Positions 1 to 10,525 are shown, numbered from the stretch's first letter. The stretch is DNA of 64,000 bases from Candidatus Geothermocultor quzhuomuensis (GCA_015711795.1 JACVJC010000002.1:35649-99648); one strand, 5' to 3'. A program made the numbers and translations. Notes: generated by a model from the letters alone, not told the origin.

Positions 1-2
1 AG

Positions 3-2357
3 TTAGCTTGTTGGTTAGAGGAAAAACTTGGTTTTAGAAATAATTCTGTTTTAGGTAGCTTTCAGAGTTATCTAAAAAACATTTTATCAGAGGAGATTTC
101 TTCCAAGTTAAAAGAAAAAGTTTCTTTTTTGTCTTGGACTTATTCAACTCTTTCCAGAGAAGAAAGAAGTCAAGTAATAAAAGAGATAAATCAACTCTTA
201 GAGTCTTTTCCTTTAGATGGTGAACTTTTTAATAAGGAAGTGATTAAAAATACTTTATTTTTAGAAAATTCAGTTGATAAGGTAAAGTTTGTTGGTAAAA
301 AAGTAGCTTCCGAGTTAAAAAAATTAAAGATAGAAACGGTTGAGGATCTTTTAAGTCACTATCCCTATAAATATCTTGATCGGAGAAATCTTCAATCCAT
401 CGGGGAGCTAAAAGTGGGTGAAGAAGCCACTGTTGTTGGGGTAGTCAAAGATATAAGGAAAAAAATAATTAGAAAAAATTTAAGAATCCTCCAGATTGGA
501 ATATATGATGGGACAGGCTATCTCTTTGGTATTTGGTTTAATCAGGATTATATTGGAAATATTTTAAGGGTAGGAACTCGAGTTGCTTTAAGTGGAAAGG
601 TTGATTACCGTTACAGAAGATTGCAGATGGAGAGCCCATTTTATGATGTCTTGAAAGAAGCAAAAGATTTTGAGGATGAGTGGCTTAACACCGCTCGAAT
701 TATTCCAATTTATCCAGCAACAGCCCAACTTTCGGCTGGAAGATTGAGAAGAATTGTGAGGGAAGCCCTTAAGCAAGCTCGGGTTGTTGATCCTTTACCT
801 TTATCCCTAAAATTAAAACAAGATTTTCCTAATCGAAATGAGGCTTTAAGAGAAATTCATTTTCCCAGCAATGAAGAGAATTTAAGAAAGGCTCGAAATC
901 GTCTTCTCTTTGAAGAACTCTTTTATATTCAAATGGCTCTAGCTTTGAGAAGAAAAAGAATTAAAGAAGAATCAAAAGGGATAAAGCACCAAGTTGAAGG
1001 CGCACTTTTAAATAAGTTTTTAAAAAATCTTTCTTTTGACTTAACAAGTGACCAAAAAAAGGTTTTAGCTGAAATCAAGAAAGATATGTCAAGTAGCCGT
1101 CCAATGAACCGACTTCTTCAAGGAGAAGTTGGTTCAGGGAAAACAGTTATTGCTGTAACTTCAATGGTAATAGCGGTTCAAAGTGGCTATCAAGTAGCAA
1201 TGATGGTTCCAACTGAAGTCTTAGCGGTTCAACATGAACAGCGAATCAATAATTTTTTAAAAGGTTTAGGGATTAAAGTATCTCTTTTAATCGGGAGTTT
1301 ACCTTTAAGAGAGAAAGAAAGAGTTCAAAAAGAAATAAGCGAAGGGAAAATCGATGTGGTTTTAGGAACTCATGCTTTAATTCAAGAAGGGATTAATTTT
1401 AAGAATTTAGGTTTGGTTATCATTGATGAACAGCACCGATTTGGGCTTAGACAGAGGATTATGCTTAAAGAAAAAGGAAATCGAAGAGATGGCAAACTGG
1501 AGAGACCTGATGTTTTAATAATGACAGCTACTCCAATCCCTCGAACCTTTGCTCTCACTCTTTATGGGGATTTAGATATTTCAACTATAAGAGAGTTACC
1601 GACCAATCGGGATATTTATAAGCAGATTGAAACAATCGTTTGTGATAAGAAACATCGCCCTTGGGCTTATCGGAAAATCCGTGAAGAGGTAAAGAAGGGA
1701 AGGCAAGCTTACATTATCTGCCCCTTAATTGAAGAATCTGAAAAGATAGAAGCTAAAGCAGTAGTGAAAGAAGCCAAACGGCTTAAAAATGATGTTTTTC
1801 CCGATTTAAGGGTGGGCATTTTACATAGCAAGATGAAAACTCAAGAAAAAGAGAAGGTAATGAAGGATTTTAGGCAAGGTGAACTTGATATCTTAATTTC
1901 TACTACTGTAATTGAAGTAGGTATTGACATTCCCAATACAACGGTGATGGTAATTGAAAATGCAGATAGGTTTGGCCTTTCTCAGCTTCATCAACTTAGG
2001 GGAAGGATTGGACGAGGAAAGTATAAGTCGTACTCGATTCTCTTTTCTGACCCAACAACTGAAGAAGGAAAATTAAGAATGGAGGCAATCCAAAAGATTA
2101 AAGATGGCTTTAAATTAGCTGAGGAAGATTTAAAAATAAGAGGCGAAGGCCAAATTTTTGGCCTTCGCCAATCAGGATTGCCAGACTTAAAGCTAGCTAA
2201 ATTGACACGTGATTTAGATGTTTTAATTAAGGCAAGAGAAGAAGCCTTTAGGATAATCAATGAAGATCCTAATCTTCAAAGTGAATCTAATCAGCTTTTG
2301 CTTTTTGAAATCAGAAGAAAATTTGCTCATTCAGTTGATTGGCTCTTCCATGCTTAG
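3..2357 (+). CDS. recG: ATP-dependent DNA helicase RecG (5' end probably outside the window)
   Basis: Motifs QGEVGSGKT, DEQH, MTATPIPRT, QLHQLRGRIGRG. The frame is open from position 3 (LACWLEEKLGFRNNSVLG...), so the TTG at 129 is probably internal. Confidence 0.95.
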   Translation, partial: LACWLEEKLGFRNNSVLGSFQSYLKNILSEEISSKLKEKVSFLSWTYSTLSREERSQVIKEINQLLESFPLDGELFNKEVIKNTLFLENSVDKVKFVGKKVASELKKLKIETVEDLLSHYPYKYLDRRNLQSIGELKVGEEATVVGVVKDIRKKIIRKNLRILQIGIYDGTGYLFGIWFNQDYIGNILRVGTRVALSGKVDYRYRRLQMESPFYDVLKEAKDFEDEWLNTARIIPIYPATAQLSAGRLRRIVREALKQARVVDPLPLSLKLKQDFPNRNEALREIHFPSNEENLRKARNRLLFEELFYIQMALALRRKRIKEESKGIKHQVEGALLNKFLKNLSFDLTSDQKKVLAEIKKDMSSSRPMNRLLQGEVGSGKTVIAVTSMVIAVQSGYQVAMMVPTEVLAVQHEQRINNFLKGLGIKVSLLIGSLPLREKERVQKEISEGKIDVVLGTHALIQEGINFKNLGLVIIDEQHRFGLRQRIMLKEKGNRRDGKLERPDVLIMTATPIPRTFALTLYGDLDISTIRELPTNRDIYKQIETIVCDKKHRPWAYRKIREEVKKGRQAYIICPLIEESEKIEAKAVVKEAKRLKNDVFPDLRVGILHSKMKTQEKEKVMKDFRQGELDILISTTVIEVGIDIPNTTVMVIENADRFGLSQLHQLRGRIGRGKYKSYSILFSDPTTEEGKLRMEAIQKIKDGFKLAEEDLKIRGEGQIFGLRQSGLPDLKLAKLTRDLDVLIKAREEAFRIINEDPNLQSESNQLLLFEIRRKFAHSVDWLFHA

Positions 2358-2490
2358 AACAGATGCAGGTGGATAGATACTGTTGGCTAAAGAAGGAGAA
2401 GTGTAAACAGTAAAATATAGAAAAACTGGTTTGGGATACAAACTGAAAGGTAAGAACATTAAGGGCAAAGAGCTAAAAGCTAGGAGCTAA

Positions 2491-3048
2491 GTGATGAGGG
2501 TAATTGGCGGAATTGCTCGGGGGCATCGTCTTTATGCTCCATCTGGTATGAAAATAAGACCTATTTCAGATAAAGTTAAAGAATCTTTATTTAATATAAT
2601 TGCCCCTCAAATTGTAGGGGCAAAGCTTCTTGACCTTTATGCAGGGGTTGGGAATGTTGGTATTGAAGCTTTAAGCCGGGGAGCCAAGAAGGTTTTTTTT
2701 GTTGATAAAAACTCTCAAGCTATAGATTATCTTAAAAGTAATTTAAAAAGGGTAAAGCTTGAAAAAGGCTCAATTGTTTTAAAAGAAGATGTTAGTAGGG
2801 CGATAAGCACTTTTGTATTGAAAAATGAGAAATTTGATTTAATTTTTCTTGACCCCCCTTACAAAGTTGAAGCTAAAAAGCTTAATTTTATTTTGGATAA
2901 AGCTTCAGCAATTCTTAAAGAAGGAGGAATTATTATTTTATCTCATTCTTCCAAGAAGGAATTTTCCCCTTTAGGCTTAAAATTAATTTTTTCTAAGAAG
3001 TATGGCGATACTACTTTGAGTTTTTATAAAAAATGTGGGATAATTTAA
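2491..3048 (+). CDS. rsmD: 16S rRNA m2G966 methyltransferase
   Basis: MRVIGG start, LDLYAGVG SAM motif, DLIFLDPPY; typical recG-rsmD-coaD order. Confidence 0.92.
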   Translation: MMRVIGGIARGHRLYAPSGMKIRPISDKVKESLFNIIAPQIVGAKLLDLYAGVGNVGIEALSRGAKKVFFVDKNSQAIDYLKSNLKRVKLEKGSIVLKEDVSRAISTFVLKNEKFDLIFLDPPYKVEAKKLNFILDKASAILKEGGIIILSHSSKKEFSPLGLKLIFSKKYGDTTLSFYKKCGII

Positions 3049-3065
3049 AACTTGGTGAAGAAATT

Positions 3066-3545
3066 ATGAGAGTTGTTGTTTGTCCCGGAAGTTTTGACCC
3101 AATTACTAATGGCCATATTGATATAATTGAGCGAGCCTGTCAGCTTTTTGATAAAGTAGTGGTTGGTGTAGCTGTAAATCCTGAGAAGCATCCTTTATTT
3201 TCAATTGAGGAAAGATTGAAGTTTGTGAGAAATGCTTTTAAGGGAAAGAGTAAAGTTTTAGTTGAAGCTTATGATACCCTTTTGGTCGATTTTGCTAACC
3301 GTTTTGGGGCTAAAGTTATAATGAGAGGCTTAAGAGCTGTCTCAGATTTTGAGAGAGAATTTCAAATTGCTCAATTAAATAAAAAACTTGACCCAACTAT
3401 TGAAACGCTTTTTATGATGACAAATTATAAATATGCTTATCTAAGTTCAAGTGCTGTTAAGGAAATAGCTCAATATAAAGGTTGTGTGAAAGGGCTTGTC
3501 CCATTAGATGTTGAAGAGCGCCTCTATGAAATATATGGAAAATAG
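3066..3545 (+). CDS. coaD: Phosphopantetheine adenylyltransferase
   Basis: PGSFDPITNGH, RGLRAVSDFEREF, LSSSAVKE; start moved to ATG 3066. Confidence 0.95.
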   Translation: MRVVVCPGSFDPITNGHIDIIERACQLFDKVVVGVAVNPEKHPLFSIEERLKFVRNAFKGKSKVLVEAYDTLLVDFANRFGAKVIMRGLRAVSDFEREFQIAQLNKKLDPTIETLFMMTNYKYAYLSSSAVKEIAQYKGCVKGLVPLDVEERLYEIYGK

Positions 3546-3564
3546 AGGAGCAAGGGGGTAGTTT

Positions 3565-4023
3565 ATGGACATAATGGCTTTAATTGATAAATTAGAAGAG
3601 GTGATTGCAGAGGGAAAAAAAGTTCCGTTTTCCTCATCAGTACTAGTTGCTGAGGAAAAAATTTATGAAATAATCGACGAGATTAGGGCAACTTTACCAG
3701 AAGAATTAAAACAAGCTAGATGGATTGTGAAAGAGAGGCAAGACATGCTTGATGAAGCAGAAAAGGAGGCTCAAAGAGTAATTAACGAAGCAAAGGAAAA
3801 AGCAGCCGCAGCTGCTTCCGAAAGCGAAATAGTCAAACTTGCTGAGGAGAAAGCAGCAGAGATTATTGAAGCAGCTAGGGCAAAGGAAAGAGAAATAAGA
3901 CTCAGTGCTGAAGATTATGCTGATGAAATGTTAGCTAACTTAGAGGTTAATTTAAGCAAACTTCTAGCTGCTGTTCAAAGAGGTAGGGAGCGACTTCAAG
4001 GCAAGACAACTCCTCGAGAGTGA
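3565..4023 (+). CDS. Conserved coiled-coil protein (DivIVA/ATP synthase b-like family found after coaD)
   Basis: LPEELKQARWIVKER...AEDYADEML pattern, helical Glu/Ala-rich sequence, conserved coaD-X-yceD position. Confidence 0.75.
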   Translation: MDIMALIDKLEEVIAEGKKVPFSSSVLVAEEKIYEIIDEIRATLPEELKQARWIVKERQDMLDEAEKEAQRVINEAKEKAAAAASESEIVKLAEEKAAEIIEAARAKEREIRLSAEDYADEMLANLEVNLSKLLAAVQRGRERLQGKTTPRE

Positions 4024-4067
4024 CTCATTCTTAGTCTTTTCTTTTTATTCTCCTTTTAATAAAAGAG

Positions 4068-4676
4068 GTGATAGTGGTGAAGGGCTTTAAGTTTAATTTA
4101 AGCTGTTTGCTTGATTTTCAAGAACCAGAAACGAAAATATGTGGGGAAGAGAAAATCCCTTATCTGGAGGTAGGAAGAAGCAAATTTTCCTTTTCTAAAA
4201 AAGTTAAATTTAATTTAATTGCTCGGAGAATAAGTCAAGGAGTAACTGTTGAAGGGAAAATACAGAGTCAAATTAACTTAAATTGCAGCCGTTGCTTAAA
4301 AAAATTTCCTTTCCCCCTTCATTGTGAAGTTAGAGAAATATTTGCGGAACCAGAAAAGAAAAAATTTTTCTTAGAAGAGGCTGAAACCTTTGAGATAATT
4401 AATGAAAGAATTGACCTTGAACCGATGATTAAGCAACTTTTTATTTTATCTCTTCCTATGAAGCCTCTTTGTAATCAAAATTGCTTAGGCCTTTGCCCTA
4501 AATGTGGAAAAGATTTAAATCAAGGGAATTGTAGTTGTGAAAAGAGTGAAATTGATATAAGATGGGAACCTTTAAAAAAACTGAAAGAAGCCGGAGCAAA
4601 GAGCAGCGAACAGGGAGCAAAGAGCAGCGAACAGGGAGCAAAGAGCATAAAAAGCGGCTTTAGATTGAAGATTTAA
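4068..4676 (+). CDS. yceD: YceD/DUF177 protein
   Basis: CSRCL and LPMKPLCNQNCLGLCPKCG...DIRW motifs; directly upstream of rpmF. Confidence 0.88.
   Translation: MIVVKGFKFNLSCLLDFQEPETKICGEEKIPYLEVGRSKFSFSKKVKFNLIARRISQGVTVEGKIQSQINLNCSRCLKKFPFPLHCEVREIFAEPEKKKFFLEEAETFEIINERIDLEPMIKQLFILSLPMKPLCNQNCLGLCPKCGKDLNQGNCSCEKSEIDIRWEPLKKLKEAGAKSSEQGAKSSEQGAKSIKSGFRLKI
4593..4647 (+). repeat. 21-bp tandem repeat (2.6 copies) in the yceD 3' end
   Basis: GGAGCAAAGAGCAGCGAACAG twice plus GGAGCAAAGAGCA; encodes GAKSSEQ repeats. Confidence 0.9.
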
Positions 4677-4809
4677 AACTTAAGTAAAATCACCAAAAAT
4701 TAAATATTTTTAAAGGAGCTTTTAGCTCTAGTCTTTTAGTTTATGGTCTTGTTTCTTTAGTCCTTATGTTAACTTCAGTCTATTAATAGTTGGGTTAGGG
4801 AGGTGAATG

Positions 4810-4986
4810 ATGGCTGTTCCTAAAAGGAAAACTTCTCGATCAAAAAGGGATAGTAGGCGAGCTCAACATAAGGTAAAACTGGTCAACTTGTCAGAATGCC
4901 CTCAGTGTCATCAGCCTAAGCTTCCTCACTGCGTTTGCCCCAATTGTGGGTATTACAAAGGGCGAGAAGTTATTGAAGTCGAGTAA
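4810..4986 (+). CDS. rpmF: 50S ribosomal protein L32 (58 aa, zinc-ribbon type; not in ORF track)
   Basis: Manual translation MAVPKRKTSRSKRDSRRAQHKVKLVNLSECPQCHQPKLPHCVCPNCGYYKGREVIEVE; SD GGGAGGTG upstream. Confidence 0.97.
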   Translation: MAVPKRKTSRSKRDSRRAQHKVKLVNLSECPQCHQPKLPHCVCPNCGYYKGREVIEVE

Positions 4987-5013
4987 AAAATCCAATAAAA
5001 ATTTTAGAATCTG

Positions 5014-7110
5014 ATGTTAGAAAGGTTATTTTCTCCTTCGAGTTTAGCTGTTATTGGTGTTTCGAGAGATAAAACTAAGGTCGGTAGGGCAGTCTTTGAT
5101 AATATTAGAAGGGCAGGATTCAAGGGCCCTTGTTTTCCAGTAAACCCTCAAACTTCCCAAATTGAAGGGTTGAAGTGTTATCCAACAATTAAAGCTATTC
5201 CTCATCGAGTGGATTTAGCTATTATTGTTATACCCAGCAAATTTGTTCCTCAAGCTGTTTTTGAGTGCGGTGAAAAGGGTGTAAAAGTTGTCATTATTTT
5301 AACGGCTGGATTTCGTGAAGTTGGGCCAGAAGGAGCAAGGCGAGAAAGAGAAATTCTTAAAATTGCTCGGAAATTTAAGATAAGAGTCCTAGGCCCTAAT
5401 GTTTTAGGTTTAATCGATACCCATTCTAAACTTAATGTTTCCTTTGTCAAAGAGATGCCCCCATCGGGTAATATTGCTTTTGTTTCTCAATCAGGAGCTT
5501 TAGGGACATTTCTTCTTGATTGGGCTAAAGAGAAAAAAATTGGTTTTTCCAAATTTGTTAGTTTAGGAAATAAATTAGATATCTCAGAGATTGATTTATT
5601 AAAAGTTTTTTCAAAGGATGAGAGAACGAAAGTAATTGCCTTTTATATTGAGGGAATAAATAATGGACGAGCATTTTTAAAGGAAAGCCAGAGGGTTTTT
5701 AAGAAGAAACCAATTATTGCTATTAAAGCTGGAACAACTACCCAAGGAGCGAGAGTTGTTTCTTCTCATACTGGAAGTTTGTCTGGCTCGCTCCAATGTT
5801 ATCGAGCTGCTTTTAGACAAGGGGGGATAATTCAAGCTGAGACTGTTGAAGATTTAGTTGATTTAATTAATGCTTTCTCTCTCCTCCCATTAGCTAAGAG
5901 GAAAGAGGTTGCAATTGTAACCAATGCGGGAGGACCTGCTATTTTAGCTACTGATGCATGTGGGGAATATGGTTTACCTCTTGCATCTTTTTCTTCTCGA
6001 ACTTTAAATTATTTAAGAAAAAATCTTCCTTCTTATGCTAATATTTACAATCCCATTGATGTTTTAGGAGATGCTTTAGAAGATCGCTACGCACTAGCAA
6101 TTAAGGGAGTTTTACAAGATTCAAATGTTGGTTCTCTCATAGTTATCTTAACTCCCCAAGCAATGACTCAACCAGAAGGAACCGCTAAAGTGATAATTGA
6201 ACTTTCTAAAGAATTTAAAAAGCCTATTGTTTCCTGTTTTATGGGAGGAGGTCAAGTTGAAAAAGGTATTGAAATTTTAAGCAAGAAGGGTATTCCTAAT
6301 TATCTTACTCCTGAGCGGGCGGTAAAAGTTTTAAAGAAGCTGAATGAATATACTTTTTATTTAAAAAGAAGAAAGAAAGAGTTTTTCCATTTTGAGGTAG
6401 AGAAGGAAAGAGCGAAAAAAATTGTTGAAGAAAAATTGGAAGAACGAATTTTAACGGGTCCCTTAGCTAATGAGCTTCTTGAAGTATATGGCATTAAGAC
6501 TGCCCGAATGAAATTAGCAAGAACTTTAATTGATGCTGAGAGAATTGTTGATGAGATTGGTTATCCAGTTGCCCTAAAATTATTTTCACCTGATATTTTA
6601 CATAAGTCTGACGTTGGAGGAGTTGTCTTAAATATTTCTTCTGATCAAGAATTGGCTCAAAACTATTATGAGCTGCGTTTTCGAGCCAAGAAATTTTTTC
6701 CTGAAGCCCTCATTAAAGGCATCTTGGTTCAAGAGATGGTAAAAAAAGGGAGAGAGGTTATTATAGGAGTTAACAAAGACCCTCAATTTGGTCCCTTAAT
6801 CATGTTTGGATTGGGTGGAATATATGTCGAGACATTCAAGGATGTTTCCTTTGGTTTAGCTCCTCTCTCCTTAGAAGATGCTAAAGAGATGGTCGAGGAG
6901 GTTCGCTCATCCGATTTACTGAGAGGGGTAAGGGGAGAGAGGAGAGCTGACATAAGTGCAATTATTGATACTTTGCTTAGGGTTTCTCAAATGGTAATCG
7001 ACTTACCAGAAATTTTGGAAATGGATATTAACCCTTTAGTTGTTTTTGAGGAAGGGGAAGGGTGTAAAGCAATTGATGTTAGAATATCAATTGGAGGTGA
7101 GGGAAAGTGA
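5014..7110 (+). CDS. ADP-forming acetate/acyl-CoA ligase, fused alpha-beta
   Basis: CoA-binding N-terminus, SQSGA, SHTGSL catalytic His, NPIDVLGDA, ATP-grasp HKSDVGGV and EMDINPL. Confidence 0.88.
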   Translation: MLERLFSPSSLAVIGVSRDKTKVGRAVFDNIRRAGFKGPCFPVNPQTSQIEGLKCYPTIKAIPHRVDLAIIVIPSKFVPQAVFECGEKGVKVVIILTAGFREVGPEGARREREILKIARKFKIRVLGPNVLGLIDTHSKLNVSFVKEMPPSGNIAFVSQSGALGTFLLDWAKEKKIGFSKFVSLGNKLDISEIDLLKVFSKDERTKVIAFYIEGINNGRAFLKESQRVFKKKPIIAIKAGTTTQGARVVSSHTGSLSGSLQCYRAAFRQGGIIQAETVEDLVDLINAFSLLPLAKRKEVAIVTNAGGPAILATDACGEYGLPLASFSSRTLNYLRKNLPSYANIYNPIDVLGDALEDRYALAIKGVLQDSNVGSLIVILTPQAMTQPEGTAKVIIELSKEFKKPIVSCFMGGGQVEKGIEILSKKGIPNYLTPERAVKVLKKLNEYTFYLKRRKKEFFHFEVEKERAKKIVEEKLEERILTGPLANELLEVYGIKTARMKLARTLIDAERIVDEIGYPVALKLFSPDILHKSDVGGVVLNISSDQELAQNYYELRFRAKKFFPEALIKGILVQEMVKKGREVIIGVNKDPQFGPLIMFGLGGIYVETFKDVSFGLAPLSLEDAKEMVEEVRSSDLLRGVRGERRADISAIIDTLLRVSQMVIDLPEILEMDINPLVVFEEGEGCKAIDVRISIGGEGK

Positions 7111-8168
7111 AAGGATTTTATTTTATTTCGACTGAATCTTATTCGGGAAAGACAGGGTTGATTTTAGGCCTTGGCTTAAAGCTGAAAGAGAAAAATTACT
7201 TAATAGGGTATTTTAAACCAATTGGGAATCTGCCTAAGAGATTTAAAAATATGACTATTGATGAGGATGCTGACTATATTGCTCAAGTTTTAGAGCTTAA
7301 AGAACCGCTTCAATCTATCTCTCCTATTGTTCTTACTGAAGAAACCATTGAGGAAATTTTAAGAGAGGGAGACTTTGGTTATGAAGAAAGGATAAAAGAA
7401 TCTTTTGACCATATTTCTCAAGGCAAAGATGTAGTTTTAGTTGAAGGCGGGAGTGGTTTAGCTGAGGGTAAATTTATTAAACTAGCGACTAAAGATATTC
7501 CTAACCTTCTTGACCTTTTAGTTATTTTAGTGGCTAAAGGTGACAATCTTCGGGTTATTGACGAGATTTTAGAGGCAAAAGAGGAGTTAAAGGAACGACT
7601 TTTTGGTGTTATTTTTAACTACCTTCCACCTGGTAGTGAAGAGAAGATGGAGGGGGTAGTTAAACCATTTGTTAAGGAAAAAGGAATTAATGTTCTTGGG
7701 GTTATTCCTATGGATAAAACACTTTTAGGCGTAACCATTGAAGAAATTGTTTCTTCTCTAAAAGGGAAGTTTCTTTGTTGCCCTGAAAAGGGAAGTGAAT
7801 TAGTTGAGACTTTTATGGTTGGGGCAATGGGTCAAGAAAAAGCACTTAGATTTTTCCGTCGCAAAGGCGAAAAAGCAGTGATTACGGGGGGAGATCGAGC
7901 TGATGTTCAACTAGCAGCTTTGGAAACACCAACAAAATGTCTTATTTTGACCGGAAATCTTCATCCCAGCCCTGTCGTTGTTTCTCGCTCTGAAGAGTTA
8001 GGTGTCCCTATTGTTCTTGTTCCTGATGATACTTTCACTACTATTGAAAAGATGGAAATGCTCATTGGAAGAGTCAGAGTTCACGAACCCCAAAAGCTTA
8101 AAAAAATGAAAACTTTAGTTGAGGAACATGTTGATTTAGAGCAGATTTATCAAGCCATTAAACAATAA
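7107..8168 (+). CDS. Phosphotransacetylase N-terminal-like protein (BioD-like P-loop plus DRTGG domain)
   Basis: SYSGKT, GYFKPIG, VLVEGG, ITGGDRADVQLAAL; no PTA catalytic domain; 4-nt overlap with the upstream ligase. Confidence 0.85.
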   Translation: MKGFYFISTESYSGKTGLILGLGLKLKEKNYLIGYFKPIGNLPKRFKNMTIDEDADYIAQVLELKEPLQSISPIVLTEETIEEILREGDFGYEERIKESFDHISQGKDVVLVEGGSGLAEGKFIKLATKDIPNLLDLLVILVAKGDNLRVIDEILEAKEELKERLFGVIFNYLPPGSEEKMEGVVKPFVKEKGINVLGVIPMDKTLLGVTIEEIVSSLKGKFLCCPEKGSELVETFMVGAMGQEKALRFFRRKGEKAVITGGDRADVQLAALETPTKCLILTGNLHPSPVVVSRSEELGVPIVLVPDDTFTTIEKMEMLIGRVRVHEPQKLKKMKTLVEEHVDLEQIYQAIKQ

Positions 8169-8396
8169 CTATTAGTTTGTAGTATGAGCTGAATTTTGTT
8201 TTAAAGTAATTCTCTTAGTATAACAAATCCCATTCTCACCTTATTACTTCAATATTCTTAAGAATTTGAAGATTGTGTGTAATGAGGAGATTGAGGTTTT
8301 AGGAAACGATAACCATAAAAGTGTCCCCAAAAACCTTTTTAAAAAATTTAAAGTTATGTTATAATACTTCCTCGTTTAGATTGGGAGAGGAATTCG

Positions 8397-8894
8397 TTGA
8401 GTAAGATTAAAGTAATTGAGGAGAAACTTAAAAATAAAGAGTTACCATTATTTAAACCTGGTGATTTAGTTAAAGTTCATTATAAGGTAGTTGAAGCTGG
8501 GAGGGAGCGAGTCCAAGTTTTTCAAGGTACTGTCCTTAAAATTCGAGGTAAAGGTGCTAAAAAAACCTTTACTGTTCGCAAAATATCCTTTGGTGTTGGT
8601 GTTGAGCGTATTTTTCCTCTTTATTCGCCTCGAATTGCCAAAATTGAAGTAGTGAGAAAGGGGAAAGTTCGTCGAGCTAAGCTCTATTACCTCAGGGAAA
8701 GAGTAGGTAAGGCGACTAAGGTTAAGGAAAAGAGAATGTTGGAAACCTCAGGGGTTAAAGTAGCAGAGAAGTTAGACGAAGAACCTAAAGAGGAAGTAAA
8801 GGAAGAACCGATAAAAAAGAGGGGAATTTTAAGAGGACGTTTTCACCCAAGAAGTCAAAAAGCAAATTCTAAGAAAAAAACAAGTGAGAGTTAG
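8397..8894 (+). CDS. rplS: 50S ribosomal protein L19 with charged C-terminal extension
   Basis: [36 protein letters not shown]. Confidence 0.96.
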   Translation: MSKIKVIEEKLKNKELPLFKPGDLVKVHYKVVEAGRERVQVFQGTVLKIRGKGAKKTFTVRKISFGVGVERIFPLYSPRIAKIEVVRKGKVRRAKLYYLRERVGKATKVKEKRMLETSGVKVAEKLDEEPKEEVKEEPIKKRGILRGRFHPRSQKANSKKKTSES

Positions 8895-8916
8895 TACTCT
8901 TTAATCAGGAGATTTT

Positions 8917-9444
8917 ATGCAAGACCGCGAGGGTTCTCTTCTTTCTTTTTTAAGAGAGTTGCCATTTTTGATAATTTTAGCTGTTGTAATTGCTTGGTTT
9001 GTTAAATCCTTTATTTTTCAGCCTTTTTATATTCCTTCAGGCTCAATGGAGCCAACCCTTTTACCGCAAGATAGAGTGATTGTTAATAAGTTTATTTATC
9101 GTTTTCGACCTCCTCAAAAAGGTGATATTGTTGTTTTTGTCCCTCCAAATGATTTAAAGAGAGATTATATTAAAAGAGTTGTTGCGGTGGGCGGAGAAAC
9201 ACTTGAAATTATTGAAAATGAAGTTTATATTAACGGGAAAAAAATAGTTGAGCCTTATCGGATTAATTCTTCTGACTTTTCCCACTATGGACCAATCAAA
9301 GTGCCCAAAAATTGTGTCTTTGTCATGGGGGATAATCGCCCTAATAGTTTAGATAGTCGAGTTTTTGGTCCTTTAAAAACCTCACAAATTTTAGGAAAAG
9401 CAATAGCCGTTTATTGGCCACCCTGGCGAATTAAAATACTTTAA
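8917..9444 (+). CDS. lepB: Signal peptidase I
   Basis: PSGSMEPTL, YIKRVV, MGDNRPNSLDSR. Confidence 0.95.
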   Translation: MQDREGSLLSFLRELPFLIILAVVIAWFVKSFIFQPFYIPSGSMEPTLLPQDRVIVNKFIYRFRPPQKGDIVVFVPPNDLKRDYIKRVVAVGGETLEIIENEVYINGKKIVEPYRINSSDFSHYGPIKVPKNCVFVMGDNRPNSLDSRVFGPLKTSQILGKAIAVYWPPWRIKIL

Positions 9445-9502
9445 TTTACTTGTTTTATAGCTAGCAAGTTTAGTTCTAACTTAATAACTTTTTGGAGGCA
9501 AA

Positions 9503-10504
9503 GTGGCAAAGAGGCATGCTGGTATTGTTGGTTTAGGAACATATCTTCCTTCTCGAATTTTAACAAATTTTGATTTAGAAAAGATGGTTTCCACTTCCAA
9601 CCAGTGGATTTTGGAAAGAACAGGAATCGCGGAAAGAAGAATTGTCGATAAAGAAACAACTTCAGATTTAGCAGCTAAAGCTGGGCTTAGAGCTTTAAAT
9701 GATGCTAAAGTTAAAAATAAAGTTAGGAAAAAAGATGTTGATTTAGTTATTGTTGCTACTGCTTCTCCTGATATGATTTTTCCATCAACTGCCTGTTTAG
9801 CTCAGGAAAAATTGGGTCTTAAAAATGTTCCTGCTTTTGATATTTTGGCTGCTTGTTCAGGCTTTAGTTATGGTTTAGTCATTGCTGAAAGCCTTATTAG
9901 CTCGGGTATTTATCGAACAATTCTTCTTATTGGAGCTGAAGCAATTTCTCGCTTTGTTGATTGGCAGGATCGCAGTACCTGTATTCTTTTTGGAGATGGG
10001 GCTGGCGCTGTTGTTATGCAGGAAACTGAGGAGGGCTATGGAGTTCTTTCTTCTTACTTAGCAGCTGATGGCGGAGGAAAGGATTTGTTAAAAATTCCAG
10101 CTGGTGGTGCTTTTAAACCAGCTTCTTTTGATACAGTTGAAAGAAGGCTTCATTATATCAAGATGAATGGTCGAGAGGTTTTTAAGTTTGCTGTTCAGTC
10201 AATATTTGATGCTTCTGTTAAGGCTTTAGAATTAGCTGGACTGAAAGTCTCTGATATTGATTTTTTCATTCCTCATCAGGCAAATAAAAGAATCATTGAC
10301 TCAGTGGCTAAAAAGCTCAAAATTGATTCAAAAAAGATTATTTGCAATATTTATAATTATGGAAACACCTCAACAGCTTCAATTCCTTTAGCTTTGGAGG
10401 AGATTTATCGCTCAGGTAAACTTCAAAGAGGGGATTTTATTTTAACCGTTAGCTTTGGAGGGGGTTTGGTTTGGGGAGCCAATGTTATAAGGTGGAGTTA
10501 CTAG
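9503..10504 (+). CDS. fabH: Beta-ketoacyl-ACP synthase III
   Basis: AACSGF Cys, PHQAN His, GNTSTASIP Asn triad. Confidence 0.96.
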   Translation: MAKRHAGIVGLGTYLPSRILTNFDLEKMVSTSNQWILERTGIAERRIVDKETTSDLAAKAGLRALNDAKVKNKVRKKDVDLVIVATASPDMIFPSTACLAQEKLGLKNVPAFDILAACSGFSYGLVIAESLISSGIYRTILLIGAEAISRFVDWQDRSTCILFGDGAGAVVMQETEEGYGVLSSYLAADGGGKDLLKIPAGGAFKPASFDTVERRLHYIKMNGREVFKFAVQSIFDASVKALELAGLKVSDIDFFIPHQANKRIIDSVAKKLKIDSKKIICNIYNYGNTSTASIPLALEEIYRSGKLQRGDFILTVSFGGGLVWGANVIRWSY

Positions 10505-10525
10505 TGAGAAGTGAAAGGAGAGGGG

